From NCBI RefSeq assembly GCF_044547685.1, contig NZ_JBIUAT010000002.1, positions 134,485 through 158,484 on the forward strand: a stretch of DNA of 24,000 nucleotides. Direction: 5' to 3'. The translations under genes and the position numbers were made by a program. Origin of the DNA: Acinetobacter sp. NPDC052428 (lineage in GTDB: Bacteria > Pseudomonadota > Gammaproteobacteria > Pseudomonadales > Moraxellaceae). The notes under the pieces are model-generated. The model was not told the origin of the DNA. It was given only the letters and a program-made list of their open reading frames with translations, and ran no database searches. This document shows, piece by piece, positions 7,261-15,577 of the stretch (its first letter is position 1; each line of letters starts with the position of its first letter).

Positions 7261-7287
7261 TAAAAACCCGCCAGAGTCAAAGGCGGG
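7261..7287 (-). terminator. Rho-independent terminator of bfd (minus strand)
   Basis: The minus strand reads CCCGCC-TTTGACTCT-GGCGGG followed by TTTTTATTG, 64 nt downstream of the bfd stop. Confidence 0.8.
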
Positions 7288-7350
7288 GGAGGAGTAATGA
7301 CCAAAGATCATTGTTTTTTCATTATGCTTATAAGGAGAAATATTTTGAAT

Positions 7351-7545
7351 TTATGCTGCAACGGCCAGCCGTGCTGCAATTTGTGAAACTTCATCACTGA
7401 TGATCATACGGGCTTCGGGTGCACAGCGGCCACAGCAAGTTCCCAAGTCCAACATATCGCGAACATCACGATAACTTTCAGCGCCATTTGCAATAGCATC
7501 TTTAATGTCTTGATCTGTAATGCCACGGCATAGACAAACGTACAT
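7351..7545 (-). CDS. bfd: Bacterioferritin-associated ferredoxin (2Fe-2S)
   Basis: MYVCLCRGITDQDIKDAI...LGTCCGRCAPEARMII carries the C-x-C ... C-x2-C cluster ligands of Bfd. ATG 7545 is preferred over the ORF-track TTG at 7560. Confidence 0.9.
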   Translation of the reverse strand: MYVCLCRGITDQDIKDAIANGAESYRDVRDMLDLGTCCGRCAPEARMIISDEVSQIAARLAVAA

Positions 7546-7579
7546 AGGACACAACCACAATGATTAAATAAGATAAGTA

Positions 7580-7609
7580 ATATTATTGATAATTGTTATC
7601 GTTTGTCAA
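7580..7609 (-). promoter_or_regulatory. Sigma-70 promoter of bfd overlapped by a Fur-box-like site
   Basis: The minus strand reads TTGACA (7609-7604), an 18-nt spacer, then TAATAT (7585-7580). Within it, GATAACAATTATCAATAAT (7600-7582) matches the 19-bp Fur consensus GATAATGATAATCATTATC at 13/19 positions. Confidence 0.55.
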
Positions 7610-7765
7610 TAAAAATCATTTGAAATAGCTTTTATCACGATTGATGATTTAGATAAAAAATTACCATCTGAGCGGAAATCTAAGTACTGCTCAGATTTCC
7701 GCACAAGAGTGATTTGTGAATTAGAGTTAGATATTAAAGGCTGGTGATTGAGTGATTTTTATAAC

Positions 7766-8149
7766 TTATTGATTAATGATGATAATCCCATCCATTTCAA
7801 CCAAGGCATCTTTAGGCAGGCTGGCGACACCTAAAGCAGCACGTGCTGGATAAGGCTGGGCAAAATACTCACCCATAATCTGATTGACCAGCTGGAAGTG
7901 CGATAAATCGGTCAGAAAAATATTCAGCTTGGCGATATCTGCCAAAGAACCACCAGCGGCTTCACAGACTGCTTTTAAGTTATCAAACACCCGGCGAATT
8001 TGAGCTTCAATGCCTTCAACCAGTTCCATACTATAAGGATCCAAGCCAATTTGACCTGATAGATATAAGGTATCACCCACTAAAATAGCTTGCGAATAAG
8101 TGCCAATCGCAGCAGGGGCATTTTCAGTATGGATTACTTGGCGGGACAT
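7766..8149 (-). CDS. ridA: RidA family enamine/imine deaminase (YjgF/TdcF)
   Basis: [22 protein letters not shown]...[11 protein letters not shown]...FLTDL..F..VN......[15 protein letters not shown] is a canonical RidA pattern. Confidence 0.9.
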   Translation of the reverse strand: MSRQVIHTENAPAAIGTYSQAILVGDTLYLSGQIGLDPYSMELVEGIEAQIRRVFDNLKAVCEAAGGSLADIAKLNIFLTDLSHFQLVNQIMGEYFAQPYPARAALGVASLPKDALVEMDGIIIINQ

Positions 8150-8224
8150 TAATTTCTCCTTTTATCATCGACATACATCATATTCGATCAATTCGGCCGA
8201 TCAAAGCACTATCGTTTTAAATGA

Positions 8225-10330
8225 TTAACTCGCTTTAGAAGCTTCACTGAAAACGACGGGCTGAGCCAGACGGATAATTCGCGGGAAACCGAAATACATG
8301 CGTAAATCCCGGATAATCTGTGCAATCTGTTTACGGTTATGCACCACGATATTGACATAGGTTTTGTCATCCTGAGTACGCACCATTTCCACCCCGGAAT
8401 GTGCTTTACGGCATTGGTAAATCAGGTCGGAAATCTGCTCGTCATTCATGTCCAGGTCAATACTGAGGTAGGCAGTAAAGCTGATATCTTCCAGATCATC
8501 AGAGGTCCACTGCAACAACATGATATTTTCTGGATGCTGATTCTGTTCATGCAGCAGGTTATGGCAGCGCGCACGATGCACAATCAGACCACGACGGGTC
8601 AAATGACCCTGAATCGGATCACCCAGCACAGGATTACAGCAATGGGCATATTTGACATCGACACCTTCTGTTCCCTGAATCAGACGGTCTGAACTGGCAA
8701 TATTTTGATGCTGATCTTGGGCAAATAAATGGTTGGCCACCAGTTGCGGTAATAAATCACCGACTGCAATCTGTTCAAACAGCTGTTCTTTGCTGGAAAC
8801 ATGGCGCCATTCTAGGAGGTTTTTCCAGTCTGCTTCAGTCAGATCGCGAATGGAACGATGAAACAGTTTCAGTGCACGATTGAGTGCCTGTTGTCCGACC
8901 AGACGCTGCTCATCTGGATCCTGATCGCGCAGAATATTCTGAATAGCACGACGAGCTTTCTGGGTATTAATAAAACTGAGCCAATCTGGGTTCGGAGTCG
9001 CAAGGACATCAGTAATGATTTCGACTACCTGACCACTGACTAAAGGCGTTGAAAGCGGCTTGGTTTCATTATTAATTTTTGCACCAACCGCATGGTTGCC
9101 TAGGAATAAACTCGCGGCATAAGCAAAGTCGACCGCCGTGGCGCCTTGCGGCAATTCATGTAAATGACCGTGCGGGGTATAGACCCAGATTTTTTCTTGG
9201 TGCAGATAATCGAGCAATTCACTAAAAGTGGTTTTGGCACATTCACCATCGACCAGGACATTCAGATTCTGCATAGATGCCTGAATTGCTGAGCGGCAGG
9301 CCTGCGGGGCACTTTCACCAAGCACAACGCCAAAACGTGCTGCTTTACGCATGAGTTCGGTTTGAATGGTGAGTGATAGGGTCGTCTTTTCGCCTTTTAA
9401 GCGCATCATCAAGGACTGGTTGCCACCCGGTAATGGACGGCGGATATGATCTTCATAACTCTGGATTTTAAAACTTTGCGTCAGAATTTCTGCAAGTCGG
9501 TCACAATCAGCGATGCTCTGTAAAATAATCTCAAAAGCATGGCTGTGAGTTAATTCTTGTAGATCGATATCATTTTTAACGAAGTGGCGCAGTAGTTCAA
9601 TATTGTTATTTTTCTTCTTAATCCGGCCTTGAATGGCATTCTGGTGCAGCAGTTCGGTCAGGTTTTTTTCCCATTTTGCTTGATATTCACAGCGTTTGGG
9701 CTTGGTTTCCAGTAGAGCGGCCTGCACATTGTTATACATGTCTAGATCTAGATTCTGATAACAAAGATGTTCCAGGTTGTCAGCCATTTCATTCATGCCG
9801 ACAATGCGTGCCATCGGAACAAAGATTTCAAAGGTTTCGCGGGCAATACGTGCCCGTTTGTCTGGACGCAGTGCATCCAAAGTAGTCATGTTGTGATAAC
9901 GGTCGGCCAGTTTCACGATAATGACACGTGGATCTTGTAGAGTCGCTTGCAGAATTTTCCGGAAAGAAGCCGCTTTATTATATTCTTTATCGCTCGAATG
10001 ACTGAGTTTGGTGACACCATCGACCAGTTCAGCGACGGTAAAACCAAAAATCTTGCTAATATCATCTTTGTTAAATTCGGTATCTTCAATCACATCGTGC
10101 AGCAGGGCGGCCATTAAGGTTTCAGTGTCCAAACGCATATGCGCCAAGATACAGCTGACCGCAATCGGATGCAAAATATAAGGTTCACCACTTTTACGCA
10201 CAATCCCGTCATGCGCCATATCTGCATAATCACAGGCCGCAAGCACACGTTCGACATCGCTTTCACTTAAATACGCATCGATAATGAGCTCTAACTGCTG
10301 CTTGGCTTGACTGACCTGTGGGCCTGGCAT
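8225..10330 (-). CDS. spoT: SpoT, long RSH (p)ppGpp hydrolase with a degenerate synthetase-like domain
   Basis: HD hydrolase motifs GEPYILHPIAV and LLHDVIEDT, plus TGS and ACT-like C-terminal regions. The gene lies downstream of rpoZ, as in gammaproteobacteria. ATG 10330 (MPGPQ...) is preferred to the ORF-track TTG at 10345. Confidence 0.9.
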   Translation of the reverse strand: MPGPQVSQAKQQLELIIDAYLSESDVERVLAACDYADMAHDGIVRKSGEPYILHPIAVSCILAHMRLDTETLMAALLHDVIEDTEFNKDDISKIFGFTVAELVDGVTKLSHSSDKEYNKAASFRKILQATLQDPRVIIVKLADRYHNMTTLDALRPDKRARIARETFEIFVPMARIVGMNEMADNLEHLCYQNLDLDMYNNVQAALLETKPKRCEYQAKWEKNLTELLHQNAIQGRIKKKNNNIELLRHFVKNDIDLQELTHSHAFEIILQSIADCDRLAEILTQSFKIQSYEDHIRRPLPGGNQSLMMRLKGEKTTLSLTIQTELMRKAARFGVVLGESAPQACRSAIQASMQNLNVLVDGECAKTTFSELLDYLHQEKIWVYTPHGHLHELPQGATAVDFAYAASLFLGNHAVGAKINNETKPLSTPLVSGQVVEIITDVLATPNPDWLSFINTQKARRAIQNILRDQDPDEQRLVGQQALNRALKLFHRSIRDLTEADWKNLLEWRHVSSKEQLFEQIAVGDLLPQLVANHLFAQDQHQNIASSDRLIQGTEGVDVKYAHCCNPVLGDPIQGHLTRRGLIVHRARCHNLLHEQNQHPENIMLLQWTSDDLEDISFTAYLSIDLDMNDEQISDLIYQCRKAHSGVEMVRTQDDKTYVNIVVHNRKQIAQIIRDLRMYFGFPRIIRLAQPVVFSEASKAS

Positions 10331-10502
10331 AACACACCTTTTCAACTGAATTTTTTACAAATAAAACCTGAAAGCATTCTAGAAATTTGAATTTCCTGGC
10401 TTGATGGTTTTTTGCTGCTATAGAGCAGAAAACCAATACAAACTTGATAGCTAACCCTTATGTTATAACCGTTCTGGCATAAATATAAAAGTCACATAAC
10501 AA

Positions 10503-10531
10503 AAAAAGCCTAGTTTAGAACTAGGCTTTTT
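10503..10531 (-). terminator. Rho-independent terminator after rpoZ (minus strand)
   Basis: AAGCCTAGT-TTAGA-ACTAGGCTT with A/T runs on both sides, 14 nt downstream of the rpoZ stop. Confidence 0.8.
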
Positions 10532-10544
10532 GAGTGACGATCTC

Positions 10545-10826
10545 TTATTGGAAAGAAAAACCGTCTAAGTTTAGATTATTTGCAGAAAGTGCAAGATCCA
10601 GACTTGATGTTTGATAGTCTTGATCACGTTGTTTCAAAATGTCTTTTGATACATGACCTGAAGCGATTTCACGTAAAGCAACAACAGTCGGTTTGTCATT
10701 GTCCCATTCTACAGTTGGTTCAATACCTTGACGTGCCAATTGACGCGCGCGCTTGCTTGCCACTAGTACAAGCTCAAAGCGGTTGTCTACATGGTCTAAA
10801 CAATCTTCAACGGTGACGCGTGCCAT
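10545..10826 (-). CDS. rpoZ: DNA-directed RNA polymerase subunit omega
   Basis: [30 protein letters not shown] is a canonical RpoZ N-terminus. Confidence 0.95.
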   Translation of the reverse strand: MARVTVEDCLDHVDNRFELVLVASKRARQLARQGIEPTVEWDNDKPTVVALREIASGHVSKDILKQRDQDYQTSSLDLALSANNLNLDGFSFQ

Positions 10827-10902
10827 AAGAATTCTCGTTTGAATAATAAATTTTAACAGACTGCACAGTATAAAAGGCTTTGTCTATAGACTCAAGTTTT
10901 AA

Positions 10903-11526
10903 TCACTGTTCAGTTGGTGTGATCAGTTTTTGAATCAGTTTTTCATGACGGTTGGCTTGCTGGCTCAGCACCAAACGATTAGCAATAATCACCGCTTCCA
11001 GGTCATGCAGCGCCTTATTAAAGTCGTCATTAATAATGATATAGTCAAAGTTGCTATATTGTTGCATATCTTCTACCGCGCAGCTCAGACGGTGTTCAAT
11101 CACATCCACAGCATCAGTACCACGGTTAGACAGGCGTTCACGCAAGTCGAACTGGCTTGGTGGCAAGATAAAAATTTGTTTAGATTCAGGAAAAAGTCGA
11201 CGAACCTGCTGTGCACCTTGCCAGTCAATTTCCAGTAGCACATCATGACCTTTGGCCAGTTGCTCTTTGACTGTGGCTTGCGCAGTACCGTAGTAATTAC
11301 CAAATACTTCGGCGTATTCGATAAAACCACCTTCATTGACCAGATTTAAAAAATCTTCTTTATTGGAGAAATGATAGTGCACGCCATCGAGTTCGCCAGG
11401 TCGTTGACCGCGTGTAGTGTGTGACACAGAAACGTGAAGATTGTTGACACGCTCAAGTAGGGCTTTAACAAGGGATGTTTTGCCTGTTCCAGACGCTGCA
11501 GAAACGACAAACAAGAGACCCGACAT
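10903..11526 (-). CDS. gmk: Guanylate kinase
   Basis: P-loop SAASGTGKTSL, HTTRGQRPGE..G..Y.F and EYAEVFGNYYGT motifs. Confidence 0.95.
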   Translation of the reverse strand: MSGLLFVVSAASGTGKTSLVKALLERVNNLHVSVSHTTRGQRPGELDGVHYHFSNKEDFLNLVNEGGFIEYAEVFGNYYGTAQATVKEQLAKGHDVLLEIDWQGAQQVRRLFPESKQIFILPPSQFDLRERLSNRGTDAVDVIEHRLSCAVEDMQQYSNFDYIIINDDFNKALHDLEAVIIANRLVLSQQANRHEKLIQKLITPTEQ

Positions 11527-11659
11527 GATATTTTTCCTGATATGATAAAATATCTTCTCTATTTTAGAGTAGAGCGGCTTTAAACTAAATAGTTGTCAGT
11601 CGATTGTTTACATTTATTTCAATTGAACCGCTAAAAATGGTGTGAGTATTGAGGATTCT

Positions 11660-12610
11660 ATGGAAATTGTTTTAGCCAACCCACGTGGTTTCTGTGCTGG
11701 TGTAGATCGTGCCATTGCGATCGTGAACCGTGCCCTAGAATGCTTTAATCCACCGATTTATGTGCGGCATGAAGTGGTGCATAACAAATTTGTGGTCGAT
11801 GACCTACGTCAGCGTGGTGCGATTTTTGTCGACGAACTCGACGAAGTTCCTGACGATAATATCGTGATTTTTAGCGCACATGGTGTTTCTAAGGAGGTAC
11901 AACAAGAAGCTGAACGCCGTGGTTTGAAGGTTTTTGATGCGACTTGTCCATTGGTGACTAAGGTGCACATTGAAGTGACCAAATATGCCCGTGAAGGTGT
12001 AGAAGCGATCCTGATTGGTCATGAAGGCCATCCGGAAGTTGAGGGCACCATGGGGCAATATGACAAAAAAAGTGGTGGTGATATCTATTTAGTAGAAGAC
12101 GAAGAAGACGTTGCTGCACTTACAGTACATAATCCTGAAAAAGTCGCCTTTGTCACGCAAACGACTTTATCAATTGACGATACAGCGAAAGTGATTGATG
12201 CCCTTCGCCAGAAATTTCCGCTGATTCAAGGTCCACGTAAAGACGATATTTGCTACGCTACGCAGAACCGTCAGGATGCAGTGCGCGATCTGGCTGAACG
12301 TTGTGATGTGGTTCTGGTAGTAGGCTCACCAAACTCGTCTAATTCAAACCGTTTACGTGAGCTGGCGGAACGTATGGGGAAAGCAGCTTACCTAGTCGAT
12401 AATGCTGATGAACTCAAACAAGAATGGTTTGAAAATAGCTCTCAAATTGGCGTAACTGCAGGCGCATCTGCACCTGAAATCCTGATTAAACAAGTCATTC
12501 AACGTTTACAGGATTGGGGGGCAAAAGCGCCTAAAGAGCTGGATGGACGGGAAGAGAATATTACCTTTAGCCTACCCAAAGAGTTACGTATTCCTGTAAC
12601 ACAGGCTTAG
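11660..12610 (+). CDS. ispH: 4-hydroxy-3-methylbut-2-enyl diphosphate reductase
   Basis: [19 protein letters not shown]...VRHEVVHN...FSAHGVS...[10 protein letters not shown]...SNSNRL. GAGGA lies upstream of ATG 11660, and the ORF-track GTG 11642 is probably an over-extension. Confidence 0.95.
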   Translation: MEIVLANPRGFCAGVDRAIAIVNRALECFNPPIYVRHEVVHNKFVVDDLRQRGAIFVDELDEVPDDNIVIFSAHGVSKEVQQEAERRGLKVFDATCPLVTKVHIEVTKYAREGVEAILIGHEGHPEVEGTMGQYDKKSGGDIYLVEDEEDVAALTVHNPEKVAFVTQTTLSIDDTAKVIDALRQKFPLIQGPRKDDICYATQNRQDAVRDLAERCDVVLVVGSPNSSNSNRLRELAERMGKAAYLVDNADELKQEWFENSSQIGVTAGASAPEILIKQVIQRLQDWGAKAPKELDGREENITFSLPKELRIPVTQA

Positions 12611-12652
12611 AGTGTTAACTGTTTAACATTCTGTTTCTTATTTAAAAATAAG

Positions 12653-12687
12653 CAGATAACTGGAAAATGACAGTTATCTGTTTTTTT
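12653..12687 (+). terminator. Rho-independent terminator after ispH
   Basis: CAGATAACTG-GAAAATGA-CAGTTATCTG followed by a T7 run. Confidence 0.85.
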
Positions 12688-12770
12688 ATGCCTTTTATCT
12701 GCTCTGTGTAGGTTTTGTAACTTTAATGCGTATTATTTTAACTGGGCCAAAATTTTGCCTGGGGGAGAGT

Positions 12771-13307
12771 ATGCAGAAAAATAAAGGATTCACTTTAATT
12801 GAGCTGATGGTGACGATTGCGGTATTGGCAATTATGGCGACGATAGCTGCTCCTTCTTTTGGGGATTTGATTGCAAAACGACATTTAGATACCTCAATTC
12901 GTGAGCTGTCTTTGGTGTTAAGTGATGCGCGAGCACAAGCTACAACTTTAAGAAAAAATGTGACAGTAAAATTTGAAAGTGGAACAAACACAGCAGAAAT
13001 TCTTTATTGGATACCCAAATATGACGATGTGGATTTGAATTCAAACGCCAATGATGTTGATTTTTCTGATGTTGCCTATAATTCAGTAGGTATTCCACGG
13101 CAGAGAACAAAAACAATTGATAATGAAAATTATGATAAAGATCAAACTACAGATCTAACCACCATACCACCCACTAATCCACCAACAGTGGAAGTTTTAT
13201 TACCGCTTAAATTTGAGTTATGTAATTCAAAAATAAAACAAAGTCGCACTATTACACTTTCAATGAATGGCACCGTGGAAAAAATTGAATTAGGGGTGTG
13301 CTCATGA
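12771..13307 (+). CDS. fimU: GspH/FimT-family minor pilin (FimU position in the operon)
   Basis: MQKNKG|FTLIELMVTIAVLAIMATIAAPSF prepilin signal. GGGGGAGAG is the RBS before ATG 12771. It is the first gene of the fimU-pilVWXY1E-type cluster. Confidence 0.8.
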   Translation: MQKNKGFTLIELMVTIAVLAIMATIAAPSFGDLIAKRHLDTSIRELSLVLSDARAQATTLRKNVTVKFESGTNTAEILYWIPKYDDVDLNSNANDVDFSDVAYNSVGIPRQRTKTIDNENYDKDQTTDLTTIPPTNPPTVEVLLPLKFELCNSKIKQSRTITLSMNGTVEKIELGVCS

Positions 13308-13807
13308 ATAACATGAATACGCAAAAAGGTGTTGGCTTAATAGAGGTCTTGGTTGCCTTGTTATTGTTAGCCATAGGTATTCTAGGTTTTGTTGGGTTGC
13401 AATTAAGAGCAGTGGATGCAGCAAATGAGGCAACAGATCGAACCATTGCAATCAATATAGCGCGTGATTTAGCTGAAAGAATGCGAGTGAATAAATCGGA
13501 ATTGGCTGAGTATAAAACGGCGATCAATGCGAAGACTAAAAAAGATGGTTGCGTTGGAAGTGTACAAAGCTATGTACCGAATTGCTCTAGCCAAGTTATG
13601 GCTCAGTTTGATGCGAGTCAGATTACGCAAAAGGCAGCAGAAGTGGGACATGTAGTTAAAATCAATAATTGTGTCGGTAGTAGCCTGAATTGTATTTATG
13701 TAGCTTGGGGTGACACCAATATAGAAAGTAATTTGAACGCTTGTATTGATTCTTCAACTGGGGCTTACGTAGCAAATTCTAAGTGTTTAGTTATGGAGGC
13801 TTTTTAA
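13304..13807 (+). CDS. pilV: Type IV pilus minor pilin PilV
   Basis: MNNMNTQKG|VGLIEVLVALLLLAIGILGFVGLQ is a PilV-type N-terminus. ATG 13304 overlaps the fimU stop (ATGA). ATG 13313 is an alternative start. Confidence 0.85.
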   Translation: MNNMNTQKGVGLIEVLVALLLLAIGILGFVGLQLRAVDAANEATDRTIAINIARDLAERMRVNKSELAEYKTAINAKTKKDGCVGSVQSYVPNCSSQVMAQFDASQITQKAAEVGHVVKINNCVGSSLNCIYVAWGDTNIESNLNACIDSSTGAYVANSKCLVMEAF

Positions 13808-13808
13808 A

Positions 13809-14798
13809 ATGAATTTAAATAAAAAGCTGTTTTTGTATTCTAAACAAGGTGGTTTCACACTTTTAGAGTTAATGATTGCACTCAGCTTAGGGCTTGTTGT
13901 TAGTGCAATTGCTATTCAGTTGGCTTTAACAGGGCAAAAAGGTGTATCTACTCAACAGGCACTTTCTGATTTGCAGAATGATTCACTTTTTGGCTTGGAA
14001 ACATTTGTACGTGAAATACGTTTGGCTAACTTAAATGCGGTTGAGCCGATGATCAATGACAGGGTTCTGCACGGGGGAATAGTGTTGGACGCACGCAACT
14101 ACACCCAAAAATTTAAAAATGGTGAGGATGGTAAACCTACTACAACTTTAGATATTACACTTAAAAATGCTTTGTCTGAGGGTGCGGTAAGTAATTCATC
14201 TAACTTAGTGGGGCAAGCTAGTGACCAATTGGTGATCCAATATAAAAACTCAATGGGAAATCAATTTGACTGTGAAGGTCGCCAAATTACGAAAGATGCT
14301 TATGTGGTGCAGCGTTATTTTTTAAGAAATGATAGCAATAGAAATGACCCGAATAAACCATTGGTTTTGGCATGTACAGCTGCTAGTTATACAGGAGATG
14401 AGCCAACGGAAATTGATTTGTCTGGTAATGGACAAATTATGATTCCTAGAGTGGATCACTTAAGCATTCAGTTGGTTGTTGCAAGAGATGGAATGAATAA
14501 GGCTTGTTCTGCTGCTGCAGCAGCAGATGGGCAGTTGGATTGTTTTGGTCAAATTTCAATTGCCGATTATAAGAATCTTGCTGCTACAGAGAAACCACAG
14601 ATTGTTGCAGTCAAAGTAGGGTTGTTGGTTCGCTCGAATAATACCGTGGGAAATAATGACTTATTTAATGCCGATAAAGAATATCAAGTTTTGAATACCC
14701 GAGCGAAATTGAATCCACATGACAAAAATAAGTTGTATATGCGAAATGTAGTTACACAAACCATTGCGATACGTAATGGTTTTGGCATCGCGAAGTAA
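13809..14798 (+). CDS. pilW: Type IV pilus minor pilin PilW (ComB-like)
   Basis: KQGG|FTLLELMIALSLGLVVSAIAIQL prepilin-like N-terminus. Size (329 aa) and operon position fit PilW. Confidence 0.8.
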   Translation: MNLNKKLFLYSKQGGFTLLELMIALSLGLVVSAIAIQLALTGQKGVSTQQALSDLQNDSLFGLETFVREIRLANLNAVEPMINDRVLHGGIVLDARNYTQKFKNGEDGKPTTTLDITLKNALSEGAVSNSSNLVGQASDQLVIQYKNSMGNQFDCEGRQITKDAYVVQRYFLRNDSNRNDPNKPLVLACTAASYTGDEPTEIDLSGNGQIMIPRVDHLSIQLVVARDGMNKACSAAAAADGQLDCFGQISIADYKNLAATEKPQIVAVKVGLLVRSNNTVGNNDLFNADKEYQVLNTRAKLNPHDKNKLYMRNVVTQTIAIRNGFGIAK

Positions 14799-14808
14799 GG
14801 AGAGGGAA

Positions 14809-15567
14809 ATGAATGTACTAAAAGTAAATCATAGACGCTCTCAAAATGGTTCAGTACTTATTGTTGTATTGGTGATGCTGATTGTGATTGCAATTGCGGG
14901 TACATGGGCAATTCGTTCCAGTATTACTTCTTTAAATATTTCAACGAATGCGCAGGCAAGTTCATTATTGGTTCAAAACAGTGATTCAGTATTTTTTACT
15001 TTAGAGAACAAAACCAGTAATGCTTTGCAATTTGCTCAAATGCGTATTGGTGATGGTATGTTGGCTTATGCGTTACGTCCTGAAAATAAAGGTAAAGAAT
15101 TAGTATTTTGTGTGCGAGGTAATGTGACAGATAACTTTTCTGGGAGTCGTATTGCCAGTTCTGTGTATTGGCAGAATAAGAAAATTGTAAATACAGAATT
15201 GGGACAAAATGGTTTTTGTCAAACAACTCGTGGTGATTTTATTAGTGGTCGTCAAGCTGTAATGACTCAAGTCACTGTGCGTGCAGCAGATACGGATCGA
15301 GATTGGGAACACATGATGGAAGGCGATGACAAAGAAAGTTCAAAGAGTACGGGAATTCAGCACGTGGTGATTACGGCAACCTCTTTACTTCCAAATTTAA
15401 GTTCAGCCAGTGTTCAGCAGGTCAATAATTGTTTGAAAAATCACACCAGCTTTGTTGATCCTTTGGCTGATAACGATACCGTTACTGATTGTTTGGCAAG
15501 AAATAACGTTCCATATAGTACTCAAGATATGGAATACAGCTTACGAACACTAAAAGCATCCTTGTAG
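14809..15567 (+). CDS. pilX: Type IV pilus minor pilin PilX
   Basis: RRSQNGSVLIVVLVMLIVIAIAGTWAIRSSITSLNISTN fits the PilX N-terminal domain pattern. AAGGAGAGGG is the RBS before ATG 14809, and the ORF-track start 14764 overlaps pilW. Confidence 0.75.
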   Translation: MNVLKVNHRRSQNGSVLIVVLVMLIVIAIAGTWAIRSSITSLNISTNAQASSLLVQNSDSVFFTLENKTSNALQFAQMRIGDGMLAYALRPENKGKELVFCVRGNVTDNFSGSRIASSVYWQNKKIVNTELGQNGFCQTTRGDFISGRQAVMTQVTVRAADTDRDWEHMMEGDDKESSKSTGIQHVVITATSLLPNLSSASVQQVNNCLKNHTSFVDPLADNDTVTDCLARNNVPYSTQDMEYSLRTLKASL

Positions 15568-15577
15568 GAGATGAAGA

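Noticed and set aside
7217-7297. A 26-aa ORF (MKIDIESIQTQMSGNKNPPESKAGEE) with AAGGAA upstream
   Set aside because: It is very short. It runs through the right-end/omega-RNA region and the minus-strand bfd terminator hairpin, which explains the sequence better. It has no recognisable motif.
8339-8692. A 117-aa plus-strand ORF inside spoT, with similar ORFs at 8858-9043 and 9676-9885
   Set aside because: All are antisense to a continuous 701-aa RSH frame and have no motifs.
12695-12991. A 98-aa minus-strand ORF overlapping the start of fimU
   Set aside because: It is antisense to the prepilin signal-coding region. The plus-strand frame carries the diagnostic GFTLIELM motif and an RBS.
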